A DNA stretch of 64,000 bases from Octopus sinensis (lineage: Eukaryota), in contig NC_043005.1 in assembly GCF_006345805.1 (NCBI RefSeq), positions 44,516,001-44,580,000 on the forward strand. The letters run 5' to 3'. A program made the translations under genes and the position numbers. The notes beneath the pieces were generated by a model. It made no database searches, had not been told where the DNA came from, and worked only from the letters and a program-made list of their open reading frames with translations. The first letter of the stretch is position 1. Every line of letters begins with the position of its first letter. Shown piece by piece: positions 1-11,320 of the stretch.

Positions 1-401
1 TCAAGTGATTTATCACCAAATAATTTTAGAAGCTTGATTCAACAACACGGCTGTCGCATCCTAGGATAAAATATTTGACATTATCAAGAATCTCATCTAT
101 AGTCAAAACATCTCCTTCTAATGATGCATACCTTGATTCAACTGAAGATATAAAGGAGCTACTGACAAGAATTATTTGCCAAGCAGTTTTAAAACAGAGA
201 AATTCTGTTGTAAGTACAGTTGCTGTGCCTTGCCGAGAACAAATTGTATTCATAGTTTATATCAAATATTCATACTCAATGTCATCGACAAATTTTTCTA
301 CTCTTGAAATAGATATTTTAACCAATATTCCAAAATATAGCTATGCCATTTTATATACTCTTCGGAATAGTTTCATACTATCAGCCATACTAAATATTAA
401 A

Positions 402-730
402 TTAGTGGTAGAGTGTCAGACTCACAATCATAAGGTAGTGAAATCAATTCCTGGACTGGGATGTGTGTTGTGTTCTTGAACAAGACACTTTATTTCACAT
501 TGTTCCATTTCACTGAGCTGCAGAAATGAGTTGCAACGTTAGTGGTGCCAAACTGCATTGGCCTTTCCCCTGGATAACATTGGTGGTGTGGAGAAAGGAA
601 CCTGATATACACGGACAACTGTTGGTCTTCCATAAACAACCTTGCCCGGACTTGTTCCTAGGAGAGTAACTTTCTAGGTGCAATCCCACAGTCATTCATG
701 ATTGAAGGGTGTTTCTACTTTTTACCCTTT
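402..730 (+). mobile_element. tRNA-derived SINE, family C (V/CORE-like core)
   Basis: tRNA-like head (TAGTGGTAGAG ... TCAATTCC), core GTGTTGTGTTCTTGAACAAGACACTT; homologous copies at 24971-25280 and 49378-49710. Confidence 0.75.
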
Positions 731-1564
731 AAAAACTAAATGTATATGAAACTGATTTACGATGCCAAATCATAAGCAGATATCAATAATAAATGTTGAA
801 TGTGGGAAAATTCATAATTACTCGTAATTATTTTCTACATAAACACAAACAACATTGTTCAGAGTTAATTCAAAACCTGCTTTAATGCTCCACTTTGTTA
901 GCAACAGAAGCAAACATCATTGAGTTTGTCACGTAGATCAGTGCTACTCAAAGTGGTAGTCTGCAGGCTGGTGCCTGTTTGCATGCCATCAGCTGCTTGT
1001 ATGCAGTGAGTTTCCAGAAGAGAAAGAAACATTATAAAATGCTTATGTAATATTGCATTATTTGTTTACTAAATAAATATAAGATAAAAAAAATTGTCAA
1101 CTTTTATTATATTCATTATATATATTGTTTCCTGTATAAATTCCTATTACTAAGAAATATTACCAGCCCCTGGCACATTGGAGAAATAAAAACTGCTGGT
1201 ATGCCACATCAGATAGTTTAAGAAGCACTGATGTAAGTCATGATAGTTAACGGCATAGTGGAAGCAATTGAGAATATATTTGGTTTTGTTGGTTACTTTT
1301 AAGGCATGACCTAACTTTTCGTCTAACGTCACTTCGTCCACATCTTTTTGTCCTATGATTTTTTTGTCCAATTTTAAATAAACTCCTCAGAAAGCAAGGT
1401 GAACATGAAAATCAAATAAACATTGTGAATTTTATTGATAGGATTGAAGTAAAATACTATGGAAAGATGTATTTTAAAAAAGTAATAAGATATAACTAAT
1501 GATTTATTATGATCACTTAAAATTGATGTAAATTATATGCCACACACTTCAAAAAAATTTTTCT

Positions 1565-1945
1565 TGTTGACCCATATTTAACGAACAATCTTTTGAGGTG
1601 TTCAGTTATTCTTCGCTATCATGTACGTGAATTTGATGGATCTCCTTGAAGAATTTGAGTCATTCTACCTTGAATGAACTCTTCCTCTTCCTTCAGAGTT
1701 TTGATTAATTTCCAAATATTCAAATATGCTCCACCTGCTGAATGCTTTATCGCAGAATGAAACCCTTCCGCAGCATTATTGTTCTGGGAGGATCATGAAG
1801 AATATGCTGATTAACATTCCATAAAGCTATTGGGAATGTACGCTACACCATTAAATGAAAGTGCTTTTTCGACATCTTCTGTGTTGTAGCTTCCCATGAG
1901 CATAAAAGATTATGTCCTATCAATTGGCATTGATCATCATCTGGA
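1565..1945 (-). pseudogene. Mutator (MULE) transposase C-terminal remnant, frameshifted
   Basis: Manual translation gives FPIALWNVNQHILHDPPR / (T)NNAAEGFHSAIKHSAGGAYLNIWKLIKTLKEEE, matching the MULE FP..LWN...RTNN..EG.H...NIWK motif; 1-nt frameshift inside RTNN. Confidence 0.8.
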
Positions 1946-2495
1946 CATACAATCATCTCCAAATCACTTGGAGATGATTGTATTTTACTATTTCATTCAT
2001 CAACTCAACCAGTCACCACTACAGAACAGCTGACAACCAACAGACCACGACACTGTCATTAAACTGGAATACTAGTTTTAAGGACATATTTTTGTTTCTT
2101 TGACCAAAAGAATTACAAATGAATTGCAGGATTTTTAAGGCCGTGATACAGGCATTACTGTTGCTTTAGAAGTTTCAACAGGAGATTATAAATATGCATA
2201 TACTGGCTTTATTTTGTATGCAAGCACAAAACAAACTAATGGTAACACCACGATCATGGTAGATATAGTGCAGAGTAATAAAAGTAGATCATAATATAAA
2301 ACTAAATTCATTCTGCAATATGGTTATATATTATTGTAATTTTACCTATTTACTCAACTGCAGCATATATGGCTTCTTGTCTTCAGTTAATTTTGACTGT
2401 AAACATAAAGATTTTTCTACAGATTTGGTTTCTCATTTTTCGAGTTAGTTACATGTCTGAGATTGTATCATTCATCACAGAAAATACGCATGGCC

Positions 2496-2556
2496 ACACA
2501 TACATATGTATGCATGCATGCATGCATCTATGTATGTATGTATGTATGTATGTATG

Positions 2557-2595
<39 letters not shown>

Positions 2596-2611
2596 ATATA
2601 TATATATATAT
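2496..2611. repeat. Compound (TATG)n/(TA)n microsatellite
   Basis: Directly visible; explains the overlapping YVCM/IYIY ORFs. Confidence 0.95.
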
Positions 2612-2847
2612 GATTGCTATTATGCAAAAGTGTCATAAATCCAAAATGTTGCTTTTCCAAAAAATGAAAAAATAGTTTCTCTATTCCATAGCAAAACGTT
2701 GTACTACACTTTGACAATTTTTGATATCTTGATATCTGAAGCAGCTTGAGATATGATAGTTTGACCAAAAGAACCGGCTATTGCAAGAAAAATAAAAATT
2801 GAAAAAAATGCATTGGCCAAATTCGGACATAATAGCAACGATATATA

Positions 2848-2885
<38 letters not shown>

Positions 2886-2933
2886 CATACATACATATAT
2901 CTTATATATATATATATCTTATATATATATATA

Positions 2934-3140
2934 TCTTATATATAAATTGAAATTTCTGTCTGTCTGTTACCATCTTACTGCCCAAACCAGGGAACCAATC
3001 TTCACCAAACTTTTTATGCATGTTGAACTAACATCTAGTTCAATTATAAGCCAATTGGATTTAAATATAAATCGATAATGATTGATTACGGGGGTTGGGC
3101 TATTACATGATAAAATGAGGGGGGTGCAAAAGTGTTAGGT
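2934..3140 (+). mobile_element. 5' end of a non-autonomous Helitron-like element
   Basis: A|TC start followed by TTATATATAAATTGAAATTTCTGTCTGTCTGT and ACCAATCTTCACCAAACTT, typical of animal non-autonomous Helitron 5' ends; no 3' CTAG end located. Confidence 0.5.
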
Positions 3141-3249
3141 TCAGGGAAATGTAGCATAATGAGGGCAGCTGATATCAGGAAAGAGGAGATAGGAAGAGAT
3201 AGACATACAGGGAATGTGAGAGACAGAGAGAACGACAGACAAGGAACTC

Positions 3250-3284
<35 letters not shown>

Positions 3285-3319
3285 GTTTGTATGTGTGTGC
3301 ATGTGTGTATCTTCCTTAT

Positions 3320-4252
3320 GCATTCGAAAATTGAGTTGCCGATTTTCATGTATGGGGTATCAAAAGATTCTGTAATATTATGACTACCAAATAAACTTTA
3401 CTTTCATTGACATATTTGCATTACACATATCTTATATTATAATCTTTTCTATAGGCCAACTTTTGTAAACTTTTTATACCACCACGACAACGACGACGAC
3501 GTCACATTTTCTATTTGAGTGTGTACCTTAAAAGGTATCCATTTCTCTTTTATGAGGAAACACAGTTACTCTCTCTCTTATATGCACAAGCACACACATA
3601 TACAAAAAAAGATGTATGCATATGTATTTATGTATGCGTATATGAATGATGTGCATGTGTGTGAGAGAGAGAGAGAGACCAAGTGAGTGCCACTTACACA
3701 TACATAACAACATATATCTTCACTCATTCGCTCTATTTCCTTCACTCTCACATACGTGCATGTGCACACACACACACACACACACGTTCATTTCATATAC
3801 ACATACATACATCTTTCATTTTCTCCTCTTTCACTTTCTGCTTCACTTCAAAGTAAATGTCATGGTTGCATTTTCTCTTCTCTTTCAATTTCTGATCTCT
3901 TCAAAACATAAAGAAATAAAAATTCTTAACAGAATTTAATGAATACATTCGAAAACTGAGTAGCTGATTTTGATGTATTGGAGTATCAAAAGATTCAGTA
4001 ATCTTTCGGCTAAAAAATAAACTTTATTTTCATTTATATATTTGCTTTACAAAAATTCAACATTGAAATCTTAAACGCCATTTTATACCATGACAACAAC
4101 CACATCACATTTTCTATATGAGTATGTGTCTTAAAAGACATCAATTTTTCTATGAGGAAATACAGTCACTCACTTTTTATCTGACATGCACACACGCACA
4201 TGCATACAAAAAATTTTATGCATATGTATTTATGTACGTGTGTATGAGATAA

Positions 4253-4288
<36 letters not shown>

Positions 4289-4555
4289 TGAGTGCCACTT
4301 ACACATACCTGCAGAAAATATATACATGACAACACACATCTTCACTCTCTCTCTCTCACACACACACACGTGCACATGCACACACACACACACGTACACA
4401 TGCACACACACACACATCCACATCCATTTCATATATACGTACATACATCTTTCACTTTCTGCTCCCACTTCAAAGCAAATGTCGCCTTTTCACTTTCTCC
4501 TCTCTTTCAATTTCTGTTCTCTTCAAAGCATAAAGAAAGAGAAAAAAAGATTATG
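3320..4555. repeat. Old tandem duplication of a ~620-bp unit
   Basis: 3320-3935 and 3942-4555 share colinear blocks, e.g. ATTCGAAAA.TGAGT.GC.GATTTT, GAGTGCCACTTACACATAC and TCTCTTTCAATTTCTG. Confidence 0.85.
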
Positions 4556-4617
4556 AAGATTAACAAACAATAATATGATCCCATTTGATCGACTACATGA
4601 TCAAGTTGACAACTTAC

Positions 4618-4790
4618 CTGCTTCAAACGAAAGAATGCCATAAAATAACTTCATTTGACACACACACTCACACACACAATCTATCATAGGAAAAGGAAAG
4701 ATCCAAGGAAGGGAAGACGGAGGGAAAAAAAATCGTCAACGATACACACGCGGTCACGCACACACACATATAGGTGGGGAGTTCCGTACT
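4618..4790 (-). other. Candidate non-coding exon ending in a consensus splice donor
   Basis: CAG|GTAAGT on the minus strand at 4618/4617, at the edge of a CpG-rich domain; upstream boundary unknown. Confidence 0.3.
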
Positions 4791-5251
4791 TAGTAGTTTT
4801 TAAGATACTTTTGGATTTGAGAAGAAATATATTTTTTACAAACGTTCTCAACCTTACAAAAACTAATATCAGCTAAGAAAATAACCTTTTCTAAACACAT
4901 TAAAACCACAATATAATCTGAACACTATTTCAGAAAAATTTGACTATATAAAAGATAAATTTAGCTGGGATAAAATGAGTAAGCTAAGATAAGGTAAATT
5001 TGTCTCTTCAGCTCTCTAGATATACATTTGTAAATAAACTCACACACACACCGATATCCATCACCAGACATAAGAAAGATCAGAAATGTAACAACTTTAA
5101 ATATCGAGGTCAAATGAAAGACGAGCATGGAAAAATGGCACATGATATGAAATTTACAAAACTCTACCATAGTAATCCCTCACCATATCGCGGTTTATTA
5201 TTTAAGCTTACGTCAATTCCCCCGTGGTGTTGCTTTGCCTTTATAATAAAA

Positions 5252-5671
5252 CTAGCAGAATTGCCCGGCGATGCTCGGGCTGAATTGCTTGAAAGTACTG
5301 TTAATGATTGCACTGAATTATGATGATTATTCAGGCAAATATTGATATAAGTTTACGGCGAATGAATGTATTTGTAAGTGTAGAGAAAGCCGTGTTAAGG
5401 GGTTCCTACCCCCTCGTAGAATGGTGTAAGAATTGAATGCGAGGTTGCCTTGAAAGGAGCCATGTTATTGTTCTCATAATTGTAAGAATTTGATAGTCGT
5501 GGAAGGCGGTGTAAAACGTTCGCAGGTGAATAGGGTCTCTTCGTTTTCCACGAACGGCAGCGGATGTGCTGTTACAAAACTTCATGCTGTGTTAAAAGAG
5601 AATGGATGCCCTATGTAGGCAAGAGGGGAATGACATGGGTAAGTAAATATGGGTAATTTATAAAATATAGA
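5252..5671 (-). mobile_element. Non-autonomous Helitron
   Basis: Minus-strand 3' end: GCCCGAGCATCGCCGGGC hairpin (5263-5280), then AATTCTG-CTAG|T (CTAG 5252-5255); likely 5' TCTATATTTTATAAA near 5671. Confidence 0.75.
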
Positions 5672-5711
5672 ACATGCATGTATATATATATGTATGTATG
5701 CCTGTATATAT

Positions 5712-5848
5712 GTACAAAATCCACTGAGAAGGCTTTTGTTAGTCTGAAGCTACAGCAGAAGACACATGCCAAGTCACCACACAGTGGGACTTAACCCAGG
5801 ACCATGTGTTTGGAACGTAGTTTGTTACCGCACAGTCACACCTGCCCC
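5712..5848 (-). mobile_element. SINE family B, 5' fragment
   Basis: Degenerate reverse complement of the family B head and core. Confidence 0.7.
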
Positions 5849-6604
5849 TATGTATGTGTGTGTGTGTATGTGTGTGTGTATGTGTGTGCGTATGTGTGCA
5901 TGGGTAAATATATTATGCATGTATATATGTATATATATATATGTGTACATATTACATGTACATCTATATATATACATCTACACAAAAAATACAAAATACA
6001 AAGTTATATCTTGATATCGCTAGTGATAACAATACTCAAAATATATAACAGACTGGAATTGTAGGCCCGTCTCTTGCAATTTCGATCAATTGGATCTTGT
6101 CCTCTCTCTTGTATAGAAGTGTACGGCTGCAGCGAAATTCATTTTTGGACTTTCTTCTATCGAAGGCATTTTAACAAAAATGCTTCCGCAAAGACGGTGA
6201 AAATATTGTCAATTTCCCCAAACAGGGACACAATTCAATTTTTAAACAATAACCAAAGCCCCTTCTCCGAAAGAGGGAGGGTTACGGTTTACAATTATTT
6301 AACAAATGCAACACAACAACGTTTCCCTTACGAGGAACCAACAAACGTGATTACAATAGTCAAACAGTAATAATAATAACAACAAACCTTTTTAATTTAT
6401 CCCCATTTAGGTGAAACCACTTATTCAAGTTCAAGTCATTGATGCAATTTTATACGAATTGCTAATACACACACACATAATAAGGGTGAAAAATTGAATA
6501 TTAATTTGATTAATACGAATTGAAAACCTGTGATATAGCATATAAGACCATAGCGGATCTTCCTCTAGCAAAAAGGATGACCAGTATTAATGGCTCATCC
6601 CTGT

Positions 6605-6810
6605 TATATAAATACTTTCACTTTAATTGTTGTACACTTGCAAAGAGAAAGTAGGAGAAAGTGTGGTGGTAATGGAAGGAGTGAAGCACTTGAAATGAGA
6701 GAGGGAAATCGTAAAATATTGAGTTTTCTCGGAATTTTGCTTAATTGGGGGTGAAATTGAAAAAACTTCACATGCCATGACCCAATGGAATCTACTTCGA
6801 AAAATCATAG
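6605..6810 (+). promoter_or_regulatory. Candidate TATA box and first exon
   Basis: TATATAAAT at ~6605; AG|GTAAAT donor at ~6810 preceded by short ATG-initiated frames (MTQWNLLRKII or MESTSKNH); CpG-rich context. Confidence 0.2.
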
Positions 6811-7590
6811 GTAAATTCCAATTGAAGAAATTCTATATTGTACAATTGTATAAAAAACGAACGATTTGGAGGCAGAGAAAATCTGCCTTTTATCATAAGA
6901 GATGAATGTATACAAATTACAAAAATAATTTTTAGAATATACATAGAGTACATTACTGTTTCTACTTCGCAGATTTTCACCTATTGCGGAGGGTGGGGTT
7001 GGAACGTAACACCCGCGATAGTCGAGAGATTACGGTCAATCCCCCAAAAAATTAACATAAAATATTCTTTTTAGCTTCTTCACAATCTGCTGGAGTGGTT
7101 CTCTTCCCGAAATATTTACGCACCATGCAGTTACAGAGAAAAAACTTTTGAAATTAGTAATGACTCTCTTTACCCCATCTTAGACATCATTTTTTGAAAA
7201 TTGAAAATTATCAAATTAATCATTACTGTGGGGACAAATTGACTTGGAATCCAACAGAAAAAAGAATATTGATTGTTAAGCACCAAAAATTATCCTAATA
7301 TTTTATTAGCAACCTCAATTACAATCGCGTCAAAGTTGAAGACAAATTTCTTGAAAAAAGAAGCACCTGTCATTCGACTATGTCCCAAACTCTTTAAACC
7401 TCAACAACAACGAATAATTACTCATCTTACCCCGGTTACTAATTTTGCTCCTACCCGTATATATGCATGTACGTATACATATGTGCGGGCGTACACATTT
7501 ACATGAGTATGTGCGCGTACATGTATGTGTATGTGTTATTGCTGTACATTGATCATTATTAGTTGGTCTCTTCATCGTTTTTTTTTTTTT

Positions 7591-7712
7591 TTACATTCTG
7601 CATTCAAATTCCGTCGGGGTTGATGAATTAAGTTAAGCACTGGGTTCATATAATCGACTTACCTCTCCCCACAAATTTCAAGCTTTGTGCCTATAATAGA
7701 AAGAATTATTTG
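7591..7712 (+). mobile_element. SINE family A fragment (internally deleted)
   Basis: TTCAAATTCCG..GGGGTTGAT..ATCGACTT..CTTTGTGCCTATAATAGAAAGAATTATT. Confidence 0.65.
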
Positions 7713-7970
7713 TTGGTTTCCTGACTGCTTTCTTTTTAGGATTCCTAAAATATTTGGACGGTAGGGTGGAATTTTTTGTCTTTGAATTCTGTTTTCATTG
7801 TTAATTCAATACGCAACATACTTTTCGAATAAAAGTGTTGATAAATCTTCAGCGACGAATTAACCATGCTAATAAAAAGTATGACAATGAGTTTACTGAT
7901 GGTGTTTTAACTCGCGATGAAATTACAGGTGATGAAATTACAGGCGACATATTTAGCAAGATTAATTTAC

Positions 7971-8167
7971 CGAATTAACAGCGAAGCTATAGACACAGAC
8001 GTTCTATCGTAATATGAATAAGCAAGTCTGTAAGTTACTGTAAGCAAAAACTACCCCCAAACAAATTAGGACACCCAATCTAATGCAACATATAATCTTT
8101 CACTTTAGTCAACAATCAACAAATAAAATTTTAACAGAGCCAAATCGACAAAAGGTTCCCTTATATA
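7971..8167 (-). promoter_or_regulatory. Candidate TATA box and non-coding first exon
   Basis: Minus-strand GCTATATAAGGG at 8161-8167, CCAAT near 8190 and donor TCG|GTAAAT at 7971/7970; non-repetitive CpG-rich context. The TATA element also reads TATATAG on the plus strand, so orientation is uncertain. Confidence 0.3.
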
Positions 8168-8558
8168 GCACAGAGAAATGTCTTGAAATTGGCGAAGCCT
8201 TTAAGTGCACCTAGCAGTGAGAGAGAGACAGCGGTGGGGTGGGGAGAGGATTTCGCTGCGGGTGTACCAACCGAAATAACAGAGGAATCAACGTTTTGGT
8301 GGTGGTCTCTAGTGCCAAGATCAAATCCTATGACACGAGGTTCGTTAACTTTAAGAGAGCGAGCGGCATAGAGGTGGTGATGGGATTAGAATTCGTCTCT
8401 CTAATTCAAAAGTTATAAAAATCGATGCGTGTAGAAAGCCGAAGTGATTACTGCTTTTATCTTTCAATCGATTGAGATGCACGAAAGAAAGGAACGGAAA
8501 GGGTGAGCAATATATGGGATGGCGGAAGGGAGCAGGGCAGAGGAAATTACGATGAAAC

Positions 8559-8605
<47 letters not shown>

Positions 8606-8706
8606 GTAGGTAGATAGATAGGTAGGTAGATAGATAGATAGGTAGATAGGTAGATAGATAGGTAGATAGATAGATAGGTACCTAGATAGGTAGATAGGTA
8701 GATAGA

Positions 8707-8738
<32 letters not shown>

Positions 8739-8790
8739 TAGATAGATAGATAGATATAGATAGATAGATAGATAGATAGACAGACAGGCA
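8559..8790. repeat. (AGAT)n/(AGGT) tetranucleotide microsatellite
   Basis: Directly visible; source of the LSIY ORFs 8351-8938 and 8464-8808. Confidence 0.97.
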
Positions 8791-9239
8791 AGAGAGATAG
8801 ACTGTCAAGAGAAAAACATGGAATAAGAATGGAAGAGGATGGGGGATAAACTCTAGAGAAAAGTATAGGGTAGAGGAAATTAAGATTAAGGTAAGACGTG
8901 AGGTTGGGAGATGTTATTGCAGGAGCGAGGTTTGTCAAATAGTGAAACAGTGAGTTGATGAGAGTGTATGGGAAGATGAGAAGGTAAGAAGAAGCGAAAC
9001 AAGGAGAAGGATAATGGTTTATAAGATGGATACGGAAGCGGGGTGGGTAGGGTAAAATGGGGGGAAAGAAACTATGTCAGTAATGTAAGCTCCCGCTAAA
9101 AATAATTTTCTTATTTACTGTTGAAAGTTATTCATGTTCCTTAAGCATTGAATCACGCACGGTTTGTTTCTTATGTACACAAATAAGTATGAGTTTTTCT
9201 ATTACATGTATGTGAGTATCTCATTCTCTCTCTCTTTCG

Positions 9240-9278
<39 letters not shown>

Positions 9279-9344
9279 TGCGTGCGTTGTGCACTGTCCT
9301 TTCGTTTTAAAGCATCAGCTACGCAATACTACAAAACTATATAT

Positions 9345-9725
9345 ATGGCATGGTTGTGTGGTAAGAAGGTTGCTTCCCAACTACCATGGTTCCGGGTTCA
9401 GTCCCACTCTGAAACACCTTGGGCAAATATCCTTTACAATAAACCTCGAGGTGACCGAAGCCTTGTGAATGAACTTAGAGAAGGAAACTGAAAGAAGCTT
9501 GTCGTATATATATGTATGTGTGTGTGTGTGTGTGTTAGTGTATTTGGCTTTGTGTTCATGTTTGTCATCCACCACCGCTTAACAATTGGTGTTAGTGTGT
9601 TTACATCTTCGTAACTTAGCGGTTCGGCAAAAGTGACCGAAAGAATAAGTATTGAAGCTTAAAAAAGAAGGCAATACCCCAGCATGGTCACAGTTTAATG
9701 ATAGAAACAAATAAAAAATAAAAGA
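9345..9725 (+). mobile_element. SINE family B, near full length
   Basis: tRNA-like head (GGTTGTGTGGTAAG...GGTTCAGTCCC), CCTTGGGCAAA core, internal (TA)/(TG) tract, CAGCATGG..CAG tail. Confidence 0.85.
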
Positions 9726-10014
9726 TGTGTCTGCGTGTGTCGCTTGAGAACCAGTGTTGGTGTGTTTACGTTTTCCCCTCTGTAGCAAGACATCTATGCT
9801 TCTTCCCTCTGACACAGAGCTATCTCCACCCCTCGAATATTCACGACTTTCTTAAAAGCAGGAACATTTTCCTTTTCCCTTGTCTTTGCTTAAAAGAAGT
9901 ACAAGAGTCAATTCATTCAACTAAAAAAATCTTCCAAGCAGTGCCCCAGCATGACCGCAGTCTAATAACTGAAACAAATGAAAAATACAAGATATATATA
10001 TATATATATATATC

Positions 10015-10415
10015 ATTTATCTTTTACCTGTTTCAGTCATTAGACTGTGGCCAGCTGGGGCACTGCCTTGAATTTTTAGGCAAAAGAATCGGCTCCAGTA
10101 CTTATTGCTTATGCCTGGTACTTATTCTATCAGTCTCTTTTGCTGAACTGCTAGGTTACGGGGTTGTCAAGCTGTGGCGGGGAGACAAACAGAGACACAA
10201 AGACACACACACACACACACATGTATACTACACACACATATATACATATTTATACAACAGGCTGCTTTCAGTTTCCATCTACCAAATCTGCTGACAAGAC
10301 TTTGGTCAGCCCGAGACCATAGTAGAAGACACTTTCCCAAAGTAACATGCAGTGGGACTGAACCCGGAACCATGTGGCTGGGAAGCAAGCTTCTTATCAC
10401 ACAACCACGCATGCC
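10015..10415 (-). mobile_element. SINE family B, near full length
   Basis: Reverse complement of the same architecture; inverted relative to 9345-9725. Confidence 0.85.
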
Positions 10416-10924
10416 TATGTGTGTGCATATGTTGAATAGCATCCTAGATTCTAAGCCAGGATTAAAAACCAAATCTATATTTTTCTACAAGTTCTTTCCT
10501 ATTGTTGTGACTTTTGCACTTAGAAATTTGAGTGTCAACTGTCACATATACACACCCCACCCTCATTTCATCCAACCCTCTGTATCCTGTCTCCTTTGCT
10601 CACCTCTCTTGTACCCTGAGAGTTTGCTCCTGCTCTGCATCACTACCATCTCTATTCTCTCCCAGATACTCTTACTCACCGATATATAATATGTGGAAGC
10701 CAATGTTATCCCCTCTGTAGCAAGATATCTATGCTTGTTCCCTCTGACACAGAGCTATCTCCGCCCCTCGAATATTCACCCTTTTTTAAAAGCAGGAACA
10801 TTTTCATTTTTCCTTGTCTTCTTTTTCAGTCTTGTAAATTACATGACAACTTCATTACTTCTCTCAAAATTGCCATCTTGTTTTTCACATGTCCAGTTGT
10901 GCAAGTCAAACTATGTCTATGACA

Positions 10925-11070
10925 AAGAAACCTAGCTGTGTCTTGCAATAACTACATCTAAAGCAAAAGTTTTTTTAGGGACCCTTAAAATACTATTATG
11001 GACCCAATTTACTATTTTGCTTCTGTGAACTCTGCAAAAATCCTATATGGACCCCATTTGAGAACCTCTG
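10925..11070. mobile_element. hAT-type MITE fragment (3' half)
   Basis: Homologous to 46680-46844; ends GAGAACCTCTG (TIR-like). Confidence 0.55.
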
Positions 11071-11077
11071 GTTTAGA

Positions 11078-11190
11078 GTTAAGAAGGGTATCCAGCTGTA
11101 TAAAACCATGTTAAAACTGTTGCAGCCCTGGTCAAACTAGGTAACCCATGCCAGCATGGACAATGGATGGTATCATTAATGATGATGATA
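11078..11190 (+). mobile_element. RTE LINE extreme 3' end
   Basis: GAAGGGTATCCAGCTGTA ... CCATGCCAGCATGGA ... (GAT)n tail. Confidence 0.7.
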
Positions 11191-11277
11191 AAGGGAGATA
11201 ACCCCGATAATATCAGCTCATCCGAGTTTTTGGAAAATAAAGACAAATTTTCTAACCCTTGCCTTTTAGATAGAACA

Positions 11278-11320
11278 TGTTTCACTGATGAGACCTAACA
11301 AGATTGAAACATGTCTATAG
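11278..11320 (+). ncRNA. Degenerate minimal hammerhead-like motif
   Basis: CTGATGA (11285-11291), imperfect stem II GACC/GATT, GAAAC-AT-GTC with palindromic ACATGT; stem I poorly paired. Confidence 0.35.

Noticed and set aside
1950-1980. Perfect 13-bp hairpin CAATCATCTCCAA-ATCAC-TTGGAGATGATTG
   Set aside because: Isolated short inversion at the edge of a decayed transposon; no second copy or functional context
8351-8938. 195-aa ORF (longest in the track)
   Set aside because: Translation of the (AGAT)n microsatellite (LSIY repeats)
9725-10689. 189-aa and 171-aa ORFs
   Set aside because: Chance frames across SINE B copies and microsatellites; no protein-like motifs
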